From NCBI GenBank assembly GCA_002269645.1, contig NIVC01000411.1, positions 1 through 64,000 of the forward strand: a stretch of 64,000 nt of DNA, written 5' to 3'. This document shows, in pieces, positions 52,974 to 64,000 of the stretch. The translations under genes and the position numbers were made by a program. A model generated the notes under the pieces. It was not told the DNA's origin. It saw nothing but the letters and a program-made list of their open reading frames with translations, and searched no databases. The first letter of the stretch is position 1. Each line of letters opens with the position of its first letter. This DNA comes from Macrostomum lignano. Lineage: Eukaryota.

Positions 52974-53761
52974 GGGCAATTCCATATAATTATGGTCGTA
53001 ACATGACAGGCTATTTTTACTTATAAAATGAAATCTAATAATAGAATACACTAAACCAATATTTTAAATGAAAGATTTTTTTGTCAAGAATATTTTTATA
53101 GAGTTTCATGTAGATATCATCATTAATATAGATGCTATTAAACCTTGAATGGCACTTCTGGTCGTAACGACAGGATTTTTGACAGATAGAAACTAAAAGG
53201 TAAAAGTCTTATAACATTTTTCATTTTTGATATTTTGCAATAAATTTTTTAAAATTCGACTAAGAACATCTTCAGAAATCATACTCTTTTTGTAGAATAT
53301 ATAAACTCAAAAAGGCAACAAAGATACAAAAGAAAAGGCAGCCTTATGGTCGTAACATTCTGGTCGTAACATATTTTGTTCTGTCAATTCAGTAACTTAG
53401 AGGTACCAATATATTAAAAATATAATTGATTATTTGTTCATCAATACTTTTATCTGATGATGCAAGTACTATACTTTTATCTATAGTTTGTTTCAACCTT
53501 CCAAAGCTTTCTATTTGTTTTTAAAAGGTTCACAAACTTAATGATGTCTTTTGCTTAAAAAACTGTCCAATTTTTTACAAAAATTACCTTTTGCCACTTG
53601 ATAACATACTAATCTAACATTTTATCATTCATTTATTCTTAGATTATAGATGTTACACATAAAAAACATTTGGTAAAAAAATTGGCTAATCAGGCAGTGG
53701 CAAGCAAAAATATTGACTTTTTTCTATTTTCCAAATATGTCCATCTTATATGGAATGAGCC
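52974..53761 (-). mobile_element. ~790-bp MITE, copy 2, inverted relative to copy 1 (4-bp TSD TATT)
   Basis: TIR GGGCAATTCCATATAA ... TTATATGGAATGAGCC; TATT on both flanks; reverse-complement similarity to copy 1 along its length. Confidence 0.8.
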
Positions 53762-54807
53762 TATTTCATTTCATCTTATTTAACCTTGGATTAGGACTGT
53801 ATATGCTACACTGGTGCTTCTCTCTACCCCTAACATAGACCACCTCTCACACACATTGTTAATTGTTATAATTCCTTGGCTTAAGCATAATTGCTAGGCT
53901 ACCTAGGCTTAGGCCTAGGCCTAGCCAAAAGTGTAGCTGTATAGGCCTATAATTCATCATAGGCCTATACAACATTTCACTGTAACAACATTTCACTGTA
54001 TTTTGCTTTATGTAGGCCTAGTAAGAATATTCAGACTCAAATTATATTAGAGCCTATGACTTAATTATTAAGCTCTTGACATTATTTTTAGGGCCTAGGT
54101 CTATTTTATTAAACAGGGCTAAGCCTAACTTTTGCAAAATTTGCATTGCCCATATAAAAATGTTACATATTGGGTAGCAATGCCAATATCCATGGCATAA
54201 GCATAATGTGTTGCACAGGCAGCACAGCCAAAATAGGCCTAATACAGAAATTATGTAAGTATAGGTATAGCCTAGTCCTAGGCCAAGTCCAACTCCAAGT
54301 GATCTCTGTATCATTGACAAAGCTTGCGAGCTAGGCCTACCTTACTTTATTATGTTTACTGGTGCCAGTGCTAGCTAGCTTATAGTTATATACCTTCAAT
54401 ATTTACTGTTTTGAGTCTTTTGACCTACTAAGCTGATTGCAAGCAAGCAAGCAAGTATACTATAAAACTGAATTGCTGGTTGTTTCAAATCGCAAAGATT
54501 AACAGTTTCGGTTAATTAGTTTAAACAAAACTTTACCAGGTAAAGTTTTGCCAGCGAAGTGCCTTCAGTTAATGTGAGGCAGATTATTTGCTAACTATTA
54601 AACGCTTAATTTAGGCGGTTTTAATGCTACAGCAATAAAAAATTAGCAGAGATGCTGTTGGATTATTCAACCCTAGCTCGTCGGGTCGTAATTTATCTAC
54701 AATTCAGGTTCCTTTCACGCCGCCAAAATGAGGTCAAACTTCGAGTAGCTAAACACTCGATTGCATTGATAATGAATGTACAGCAGTCTTGTTGTCTATA
54801 CTGTTTA

Positions 54808-54845
54808 ACAACAACAACAACAACAACAACAACAGCAACAACATG

Positions 54846-54892
<47 letters not shown>
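54808..54892 (+). repeat. (ACA)n microsatellite, probably the 3' tail of the adjacent LINE fragment
   Basis: Direct reading. Confidence 0.95.
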
Positions 54893-54893
<1 letters not shown>

Positions 54894-54894
54894 A

Positions 54895-55335
54895 ATACGC
54901 AGTTAGCGTCATAGGGCGCGCCTTCAGGTCGCGAATGAACGCCACGCCGCCGGCCGAATCCGGGGCGCCGGCGTCAGCCAGCAGGCAGTCGACGAAATGC
55001 TGAGTGCGCGCCTGCCCCCGTAGGTAGTATAGGGTGCCTGCAGCGGTTAGCAGCACCTCCTGCACCGGCTCTCTCGGCAGTTACTCAGCACGGATGATGT
55101 GGCCTGCCAGCTGGAGTCGCCGACGGTGCAATAGATCGCTTGGACGGACCAGGCCGGCGCGGCGATACAAAGCCGCGTTGGTCACTCGCTCGTAGCCGAT
55201 CTTGAAGGTGACCGCGCAGCAGACCAGCATGCGCCGCGTCAATTTGTTTGCTAGAGCGACTCCGTCAGCGTCCAGGTCTCGGCGTTGTACAGCAGGACGG
55301 TCTCGATCACCGCCTGGAACAACGCCGCCCTCTGG
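54895..55335 (-). mobile_element. Degenerate 5'-truncated RTE-like LINE 3' fragment
   Basis: Frameshifted translation LFQAVIETVLLYNAETWTL...RRRLQLAGHIIR...PVQEVLL, followed by (GTT)n. Confidence 0.75.
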
Positions 55336-56879
55336 ACGTTGTAAATACTGTTGTAAATACTGTATACTGTATGTTGTAAATAACTACATGTTTATATTAG
55401 CTATCTGATTGTACCATGTAAGTACTCGTAGCTAAGTTCTACTTTTCGAATGCGAAAAGTTCCTCAATTTACATGTACCAAAATTAACAGCAACAAAATA
55501 CGTTGTAAATAAACAATTAATGTCACGCGAGCCATGAGAGAGCTGAGAACGTCACAGTGCTCGTTTCGAAGCCTGAGCGCAAACGCCTGAGCCGCACCAC
55601 CGGAAGTATTTGGGGCGCCCACGCTGGCAGCATAATTCGGCAAAAAACCAGAATCTGCATCACTCTGCCGTGATGGGGCTGGAACCCGCGTTTTTGCTCA
55701 GGCCGCAAATACGGATCACAGCACGGACTGCAACCGCAATAAGCAGTATCTGCATGTAGTGAGCCGCTAGTTTGGTGTCAGGCGTCGCAGTATTGTCAGC
55801 AGTTTCCCTCGCCCTCGCCCTTGGGTTGCTGTCTGCCGCTGGGCAGCCTTCCTCCAATCTTTCTGCCTGTTCTCTGTCGCCCGCCCCCTCTTCTCTGCGC
55901 TCTTGCTTGTAGCCACGAGCTTCTCTGCTGTGGCCTGCTCTGCGTTTCGTTCCTGTCCTGAGGTCACGCTGGTGGCCTGTTTTTGTTATGTAAGCAAGTC
56001 ACATGACAGTCTTGTTTTCTCGAAGTCCGTGTTTGGTCCGTGTTTACTGAGGAATCACGTTGTCCAAGCCCTTCCCTTCCCTAAGGAAAGGAGTGACTCA
56101 TGTTTCTAAAATTAGACATTGAGTCACAGCCTGGTGCACTCTGCCCGAGGACCCAAGTGACGTCAGTTCTAAAAATAGAACAAAGTCACGAGGTCTTGTG
56201 CGCATTGGGGCAGTGGAGAATCCCAGGCCATAAATACGGACCCCTAAGCCTTGGTTCAGTCAAGGAAGTTCTTAAGTTTGTGTTTTCCAATCTATTTCTT
56301 AGTTTCTCCGTTCTTAGTGTCTATAGTTTCTCAGTTTCTGAAAGTTTTTCTGACAGTTCTATTGTCCAATCAACTCTTCCTTTATTGGCCTGACTAAACT
56401 TAGACGCCCAAGCCTAAAGGAGGCTAATACGGCCTCCCCACCACCCACTGAACCCGGTGGGATCTGCTGACCAGACGCCTTGTTCGTTAATCTTGAAATC
56501 TGCACGCTGTGCTGAGTTCGTTGACTTGTTTATTTCGTTGGGACGGGAAGCTCACCTCACTGAAGGCCGAGACCTGAAGGAACTGGTGGCAGCACTACCT
56601 ACGCTACTAAGAGCTACAAGAAGACTTCCGAGCTGAGAGGCTCGAGGCTTAAGGCAGAACTTAAGTGCCTGCAAATCAGGAAGGAAATTAAAGCTCTGTA
56701 CTCTACTGGTGGCAGCGGTGGGATTCAAAGACCCACCAGACCACCCCAAGACAACCCTCACTATTTCACATGGTTGAACAGCTTCGGGGCGCAGGACTGC
56801 AGGCAGATGCCTCGGCGCTCCTTTAACGTTAAGGTGCCGGGCTTCTTTGGAAAACCGACGATGTGCGTCGATGTGCCGC

Positions 56880-57450
56880 CTCTCCAAAAAGCGCATCATC
56901 ACACTGCATGGCTACCTCGCTGGCCACTGCAGAGTATTGTCGCAGCGCCTCGATGGGCACCATGTCCAGATCCAGCGCTTTGCCGCCAGAGTGAGCTTCA
57001 TGGGCACGAGCATCACAACAAGTCGGCTGTGCTGACTGGGGCTATACATTGAAGCCGCGGCGCGTTGACGATGGCGGTGAAGCACTCGATTGCGCAGCTC
57101 GACATTTATGCACTCATCTAGAGTGTCGCCAGCTAGGTTAAGCGGGATGCGAGGCTTCCGCCCGGTCAGAGCGTTGACGGCGGACCAGGCCACGGGCCCT
57201 AATTTGGCGTCGGGTTCAGCGGCGGTGGCGGTGGTCATCAACAGCTGCCTGTTTTTATTGCAGGTAGACAGCCTAGACTTACTCCTCGTACTCTGGCACG
57301 CCCTGGCGAAGGCGCTGGCGAAATGGCGACATGTCTCGGTGCACATGTAGTAGCACCGCGGTGGCCGCTTCAGCAGACGGTAGAGCGGATCCCATAGACG
57401 TAGATCGCAGACGCGGAGCCGATGGTATCACGACGATATCGGCGTTATGG
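56880..57450. pseudogene. Degenerate LINE-derived fragments
   Basis: AWSAVNALTGRKPRIPLNLAGDT (minus) resembles an EN-RT linker; YLAGHCR (plus) resembles an RT tail. Both are disrupted. Confidence 0.35.
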
Positions 57451-59113
57451 CACGACAGTTGACGTCGCGGCGGCGCTCAAGAAGACGCACAAGCACGTGA
57501 TCGAGCTGTGCCTGCCTCCGTGACGCATTCCGGCCGCGCGCATTCCACTGCCTCCGCTTGCAGCCTACTAGTCGCGAGCCTGCCGGGTGGCTTGCGGAAG
57601 CAGGTTTTGGCCGAAACCATGCATGCACTGCTTCTCCATGAATTCTTCCGGTACAAGGTAATTGTGCAGGCATGTACATGTAAATCTATTTACATGCATA
57701 TGAGCGTGCATATAAACGCACGAGAAAAAAAAACTGCACTTTATACATTTAAACATGTGCATGGATAGCTGGCGCCCTGGAAATGATTAGAAACCCTATC
57801 TACATGTATCATGTACATGTACGCCACCACCGCCCATGCAAGGAACTGCAATGCACCATAGCGCGGTTCCCCGGACCTTGCCCCAGCTAATGTACTATAT
57901 ACACTTGTACTTCAGAATTTTGATAGTATACCTGCACAAGCAGTGCAACTGCGTACATGTGCGTGCATTTGAGGAGTAAATTTAGGTAATTTTTAAAACA
58001 TTATTCGTACTAGCGTATATTTTCATAATAGCCATTGATTACTATTTGGCGTAAAAGTTGTTAGACTGTTAGACATATTAGAGAGAAGAGAAACGGCACT
58101 AAATAAAAATTTCATAGCGATCAACGCACCAGATAGCCACGAGTAAAAATTACTTCAAAGCACAAAGCAGAATAAATAATGGCAGAAATACACAGAGAGA
58201 TTGTAGCTACGAGCGTATAAGTAATACACATGGGCACATAAAAAGTTTAAAAAACGGAAGAAATTCGTTATCATGTTTATGTTCATGTATGTACGAGTAT
58301 GAATGGTAGCACATACACCAATACGACGTACTACACAATATGCACCAACTCATTGTCCAAAAATATAATTTCAACTGAATATTTTGTGCATGTGCAGATG
58401 TGAATAAAGTTTTGTCGATAATATATAGCGACAAATTATAAAAACAACTGCATTATCGGCTAAATAACATATTTTAGGTTAATGCGAGTAGTTAGAGTCG
58501 GCCGTCTGGTCACTCAGGCTTCTCATTCTAGGGGGTTTATGCAGGTCATTGGAAGGTTAATGCAGCTCGATTACATATATACGGCAACACTCGAATAGAA
58601 GTGGTGAAGAACACTGCAGGAAAAATTTCAAAGCATCGGAGAGGGCCATGGACCGGTCTTCTCCTTAGCTACCTAGAACTGACTCGACCTAGGTGTACAT
58701 GTAGCTTGATTCAAGGCACGAGTTACATTAAATTTAAAGTAACTTCAAAAGGGCACCCGATGCCTCGGCCTCAACTATTGTTCGGACTATATCTGATTTC
58801 TAAGTTTTGGATGATTTTCTCGTACACGTATACCATTGGTGAAAGGAGGTTAGACGTCCGTGGATTCTCAGTGACCCTCACCGAGACCCTCAGACCGAGA
58901 CCGACTCGAGACCGAGACTCGGTGACCCTCAAGGGTACTCTTTGATTAAAACAAGAGAAGTTAACTTAAAATTTCATCCCATGAAACTGCAGAAAAGAAG
59001 AAGGGTGCAAAAAGATAGCATATGCTTGGAGTGTTCAATTTTATAGTGTTCGAAACAAAAACGCCAAAATTCATTACAGTATTTACGAGCGTAATTCAAA
59101 AACAACTTGCTCT

Positions 59114-59933
59114 TCATTGAAGATCGTTCAGAAGAGTCGGAGCGGAAGGCCTATCCTCAGGCAGCTTCACGTAGACTCTCAGAAAAGCATTCTGAAGATT
59201 TTCCGGAAAGATCCGACGCTGCTGTAGCATGGTACTGGGCACATTGTCCAGGTTTTGAACTCTAGCAAATGTGCGAGTCACATAATCGGCGTCGCTGCCA
59301 AGGTTCTCCGCGCCCCGTTCTGGCGGGGCTCCGATTAGAACCTCGTGCAAGGTGCAGCCGAACGCCCACATGTCCACAGCTGTTGTTGATGTCGTAAATA
59401 ATCGGTCGATCGCGCCAGTTCCAGTCAGTTGACGCTCCTCAGGCGCGGTAAACGGATCACTGCGCCAGTAGCCGGGCTGTTGATAGTGCTGGCTGAGTCT
59501 GCTTATGCGCATCAGCTGGCCGTACTGTCCCAGCCTAATTTCCTCGCCAACAATTCGTATGTTCGTCAGCCGAAGGCACCCGTGTACAATGCCTTTTGAA
59601 TGAAGATATTTCAATCCGGAGAGAATTGACTTGGCGGTTTTAAGGCCAGTGCCTTCTGGGAGGTAGCGATGCTCTCGGTCTCGCAGCTCTTCTAAATGAT
59701 CTTCCAGTGGCCGACCAGGCTGATCTGTCTTCACTTCAATACAGAGGCTCGGTGGTTGCATACGGCAAAGATGATTTTCTACAACGTCCCTTTCGCTCAC
59801 AAGTTTTCTTAGCTCTTCAAGAGATTTGATCGCTTGCTGTATATTGGCTTCCGTAGGGTTGACAATCTTGATAGAAACAGTCGATTTGCCAGCCTCATAG
59901 ACTTCAGTGCTGATCACATTCCCTCTGAGTCGC
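59114..59933 (-). CDS. Ankyrin-repeat pseudokinase, last exon (kinase-like domain)
   Basis: Acceptor TTTCCAG|G (phase 2). VSIK, YLHSKGIVHGCL (no catalytic Asp), QYG in place of DFG, APE, VDMWAFGC. Confidence 0.85.
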
Positions 59934-60188
59934 CTGGAAACGGGGTAATGAAAATATTGTTTTAATTTATATCAATTTAAATTTTATATTTTAATATCAA
60001 TTTTATAAATTTGTTTTATTTTATTTATTTTATAAATTTTTATATCAATTTATTTAATTTACTACGGCAAAATAGGTTATCCAACCCAAGCTTCCGTTAA
60101 ATAAGGTTTCAACCGAACCCACTTCACAGCCTAGTTTGCATACAGTGAATTATAATTTATTATGAAGCTCAAAAACTTATGCACGAAC

Positions 60189-60458
60189 CCTTCCGATGGT
60201 CGTTCAGACTGTGGCACTGATGTCCTAGTCACAGCGCTGCCAGCTGTGCGCCTGCTGATCACTGACGGTGCTCGTACTTCGCTCTGAGCCTGATATGGCT
60301 CATCTTGTTGTTGAACTGCTTCGGGCTCTTCGTTCGCCTCGTCTTCAATTTCGACGTCTGACTCGTCCAGCTGCTCAGCGGGTTCTTCCTCGGGAAAGTG
60401 GTCGTTGTAGTGAATGCTTTTGAGGGAGCAGTGTCCCAGCGAGTGTCCAAATACAGGC
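60189..60458 (-). CDS. Ankyrin-repeat pseudokinase, acidic linker exon
   Basis: 270 nt, open frame, phase 2/2 (CTTCTAG| ... GG|GTTCGT); EEEPAEQLDESDVEIEDEANEEPE. Confidence 0.7.
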
Positions 60459-60545
60459 CTAGAAGAGTGTTGCGGAGTTTTTTGGCAAGAATTTTGAAAT
60501 AATAGAAGTTGATTTTGAATATAGCGTAGGTTCAGAAATTCCTAC

Positions 60546-63500
60546 CCGCTTTGCCGCTCCAACTGAAGTTGTTCCTGCAACTCTTCACTCAATTTCCGCA
60601 TAGATTCATCCTTGCTGTGCTGCATGAGAGTCAATGCGCTCTCTCCATAAGTGTTCTCCGTCGTAGCTGATGCACCCTTTCTCAGCAGAAGGTCAGCGCA
60701 ATCGACTGAATCCGACTGAACAGCCAGCATCAAAGGTGTAGCGCCATCCATGTCCTGGATGTCCACAGTTGGGTTTCTGTCCAGCAGCAATTCCGTGATA
60801 TTCTTGTCCGCATTTAGCGCGGCCCAGTGAAGAGCCGTGCTACTAGTCTTATTTTTATTGTCAATTTCCGGACTAAATTTCTCCAACAAGTATTTGACAG
60901 ACTCGGATTTTGAATACAAAACAGCCAGCATTAACGGTGTGTTTCCGTGTATGTTACATGCGTCGAAGTATGCTTCTGGCAGGTGCTGCTTTATGTACTC
61001 AAATATTTCAAGGTTTCCGGTTATTGCAGCGTAGTGAGCGGCATTGAATTGCAGCTTGCATTCTTTTTTAAGATTGCACTGGTACTCCGAGTGCAATATT
61101 TTCACAAACCTACAATTTGAAGCCCACACAGCCTCTAATATCGGTGTGCCCCCATCGTTGTCAGTTTCCTCTCTTGGGCATCCTTTTTGGAGGACATAGC
61201 GCAGCAGCGGTTCGTTCCTTGAGCAGACAGCCATGTGCAGCAGGCTGGAGCAATGCTTAGTGCGAGCGGAAGTACTGCATTGTTGTTCTTCAAAAATCTT
61301 TCTTACAATATGAAAGTTCCCACCAAGCACCGCAGCTAGGGAGCCTGGCTGGCCATTTGTGCTGTCTCTCTGCTCTAAATCCACTCCCCTCTTGATAATC
61401 CAGTCAGCCATCTGCTCGTGGCCACTGACGAACGCCGCATTTCTTACAGACAAGAAGCCAGAGTCTTCAAAGTTGACTCCTGTGGATCGACAAAACCAGT
61501 CGAGTGTTTTCATCTGGCCCGCTTGTGCAAGTAGCTGAGGAATAGAGGGACCGGTCTTGCCGATGTGCTTCGATAGGACGCCAGTTTCATGCAGCTGTCG
61601 AACAAAGCTCATGTTGCCAGAGAGAACGGCAAGATGTCCAACGCTAACTTTTGTCTTTGAATTCACGCTAGCTTTTATTTTGTTTGTAGCATCCCAGCCT
61701 TTCTTGAGCAACATCTCGTACATCTCCATGCTTCCGACAGCAGCTGCAACATGCAATGCCGTCCTGCCACTCTTGTTGGCTTGGGTCTTATCAAATGTAT
61801 ATTTACCGAGAATCCACTGTAGCGTGCTCGGTTTGCCGCTTAGAACGATTATGTGTAGTATAGTATTGCCATCGTTGTCAACATCATCTTTGGCGTCAGG
61901 GCATTGCGATAGGATTTTGGTTGCCATATCGATTCTACCATGTATAATTGATTGAAATAAAGGAGTGCGTCCGTTAACGTCCTTTACTCTCAATTCGGCA
62001 TTCTTGTCTAAAAGAAGGTTGATAATATCGCTGCGGCAAAACTCGATGGCATGGTGCAGCAAGTGTGCGCTGCCTTCGCGTCTGTCAACAGGGAGGCCTT
62101 CAGCAAACAAACGCTTTAAAACTTTTATGTTCATATTTTTCAGATTTTGCGAGAATATGCCGATATTTCCAGGCAACTGCTTAAGATTGGCGTTTATAGT
62201 TGGGTGTTCAGACTTGAGCAGCCGAACGATTGCACTCCTGCCTTCGTAGTACGCCTTGCAAAGAACGGACATTCCATCTTTATTCACGGCATTCAGATCC
62301 GCACCGTTTCGGATCAGGACGGTGCAGGTTTCAATTGAGTCCTTTGCAATAGCATGGAAAATTGGAGTTTCTCCTTTGTCATCAATAGCGTCGACATTCG
62401 CATGGTGCTGCAGCAGCAAAGTAACCAAGTCGTCCTTCCCAGAGCGGCAGGTGATGTGCAGTGGCGTCTCCGAGCGATCGTTTGTTGCATCAACTTCCAT
62501 GTGGTGTTCAGTGATCAATTTTTGTATCACTTCTTTCGACCCACCCTCACAGGCAAAGTGCAAAAGCGTATTGTCATTTGAATATCGTTTTGTTGTCTCA
62601 TCGGAAGACAAAGGAAACATCATTGAAAATATTTTTTCATCTCCTCTCAGACACGCCAGTGACACAGCGGAATGTCCCTGCGAGTTCGTGTGCCTTCTGT
62701 CAAGTTCGGACTCAAGTAGCAGATTGATGAGATCAGGGTCACTTTTCGGCACTGCCAGTGTCAGACACGAATCACCATTCTGCGTGAGAGTGTCCAAACC
62801 TACTCCTTTCTCCATGAGCTTCTTCAGACTGAGCAGCTTGTTGAATTTGCATGCTACATGAGCTGAACTAAGACCATCTGCAGCTTTTTTTAACACATCG
62901 GATCCGCTATTGATCAGTAAGGCTGCCACTTTCTGCTTGTCTTTGACTGACTTCTCGAGAGCCAGTAGCAACGAAGTTCTGCCATCGTCCATCACATGTT
63001 CAACGTCACTGCCACTGTCAATTAGTAATTCCACTATTTTCACGTGGTCAGAGAGAATTGCATGATCAAGGGCTGTTTTCCCTGACTCATCACTCATTGA
63101 TAACAACTCTTTCTTCTTTTCGAGTAGAAACTGGGCGACCTTTATAAAACCGCCTCCGGCTGCGATCATTAGTGGAGTTACACCGCTCGTATCTTTCGAG
63201 TCGATCGGCACGCCCAAGTTGACAATCCGCCTGACCACGGGCAAACTGCCGCCTTCACAGGCGGCGTGGATCAGCTGGCGGCCGTTTCTAACCACTGAGT
63301 TTTTAGCGCAGTCTTTCGATAGAAGAAAATTAACAGCTTCCAGGTTTTTCTCTTTGCACGCCAGCATCAAGGGTGTGACGCCATTCTTGTCTTCCTGATC
63401 TAAATAACACGATTTCATGCTCAGGTACCTCAGCATATCAGCGTGATTTCCCTTCACAGCGAGATAGGCGGAGTTCTCACCATTTTTATTTCTCAGATGA

Positions 63501-64000
63501 ATGTCAGCACCAAAGTCGAGCAGCTTCTCCGCCACAGACTTGTGTCCCTTGCCAGCAGCCAGCATGAACGGTGTGTTGCCATTCTTGTCTGCCAAATCGC
63601 AGTTCGCCTTTATCTCGTTTTTCAGAAATTCAATTATCTCTAACCGGCCAGAGAGAGCAGCAAAATGGACCGCTGTTTTCCCATTTATGTCTGTTGAATT
63701 GACGTTTGACTGCGATGCTGAAGTACTTATAACCTTCATTACCTCAAGGTGATTTCCTTTTGCAGCTTGCATTGTGGTCGTCTCACCAGTCTTTGTAATA
63801 TTCCCGAGGTTACCTCCGACAGAGATCAGATAGTTCAAGGCCTCCACGCTGCCTTGCTCTACTGCAATGCTTGTAGCGGTTTTACCTTTATTGTTTTTTG
63901 TCTCCACGTTGCACTTGAGCTCAATGAACTGCTTCATCAGATCTAAATTTGTTGGTTGAATTGTTGCAATAATAAGAGGCGTATTTCCTTTGTTATCTTG
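60546..64000 (-). CDS. Ankyrin-repeat pseudokinase, giant ankyrin exon (5'-partial)
   Basis: About 30 G.T.LH.A-type repeats. The frame stays open from 63937 to the window edge (QDNKGNTPLIIA); donor GG|GTAGG at 60546. Confidence 0.92.

Noticed and set aside
55520-56560. Moderately GC-rich segment that may be a transposon UTR or remnant
   Set aside because: No diagnostic termini or protein motif could be recognised.
57660-57970. Cluster of TACATGTA/CATG palindromic words
   Set aside because: No spacing regularity or boundaries; treated as low-complexity background.

Overview
Eukaryotic (metazoan) genomic DNA with spliced genes, GC-rich exons and minisatellite-filled introns. The style resembles Macrostomum-type flatworm genomes (inference, not verified). 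Host genes: a two-exon heparan sulfate 3-O-sulfotransferase (+, 17-kb intron); a co-oriented minus-strand cluster MRPS21 > TMEM161 > MRPS35 > PARN/PNLDC1-like nuclease with operon-like spacing; and a partial ankyrin-repeat/pseudokinase gene at the right edge. Mobile DNA: a Penelope-like element (PLE) fused to a 2.3-kb (GATA)n array and carrying a minimal hammerhead ribozyme; a second, orphan hammerhead cassette inside a (TATC)n array; a near-intact 5.9-kb APE-RT-RNaseH LINE (Loa/Lian-like) inside the same microsatellite; a MULE-like element with a FLYWCH remnant; two inverted copies of a ~790-bp MITE; tRNA-derived SINEs; and RTE-like fragments. There are about 25 distinct minisatellites. The main leads are (i) three retroelement insertions associated with GATA/TATC arrays, two with structurally conserved hammerheads whose cleavage site ends in UAUC, and (ii) the putative trans-spliced four-gene operon. 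Most long ORFs in the supplied track are repeat artefacts. Exon boundaries were assigned by eye from splice consensus and reading-frame phase.
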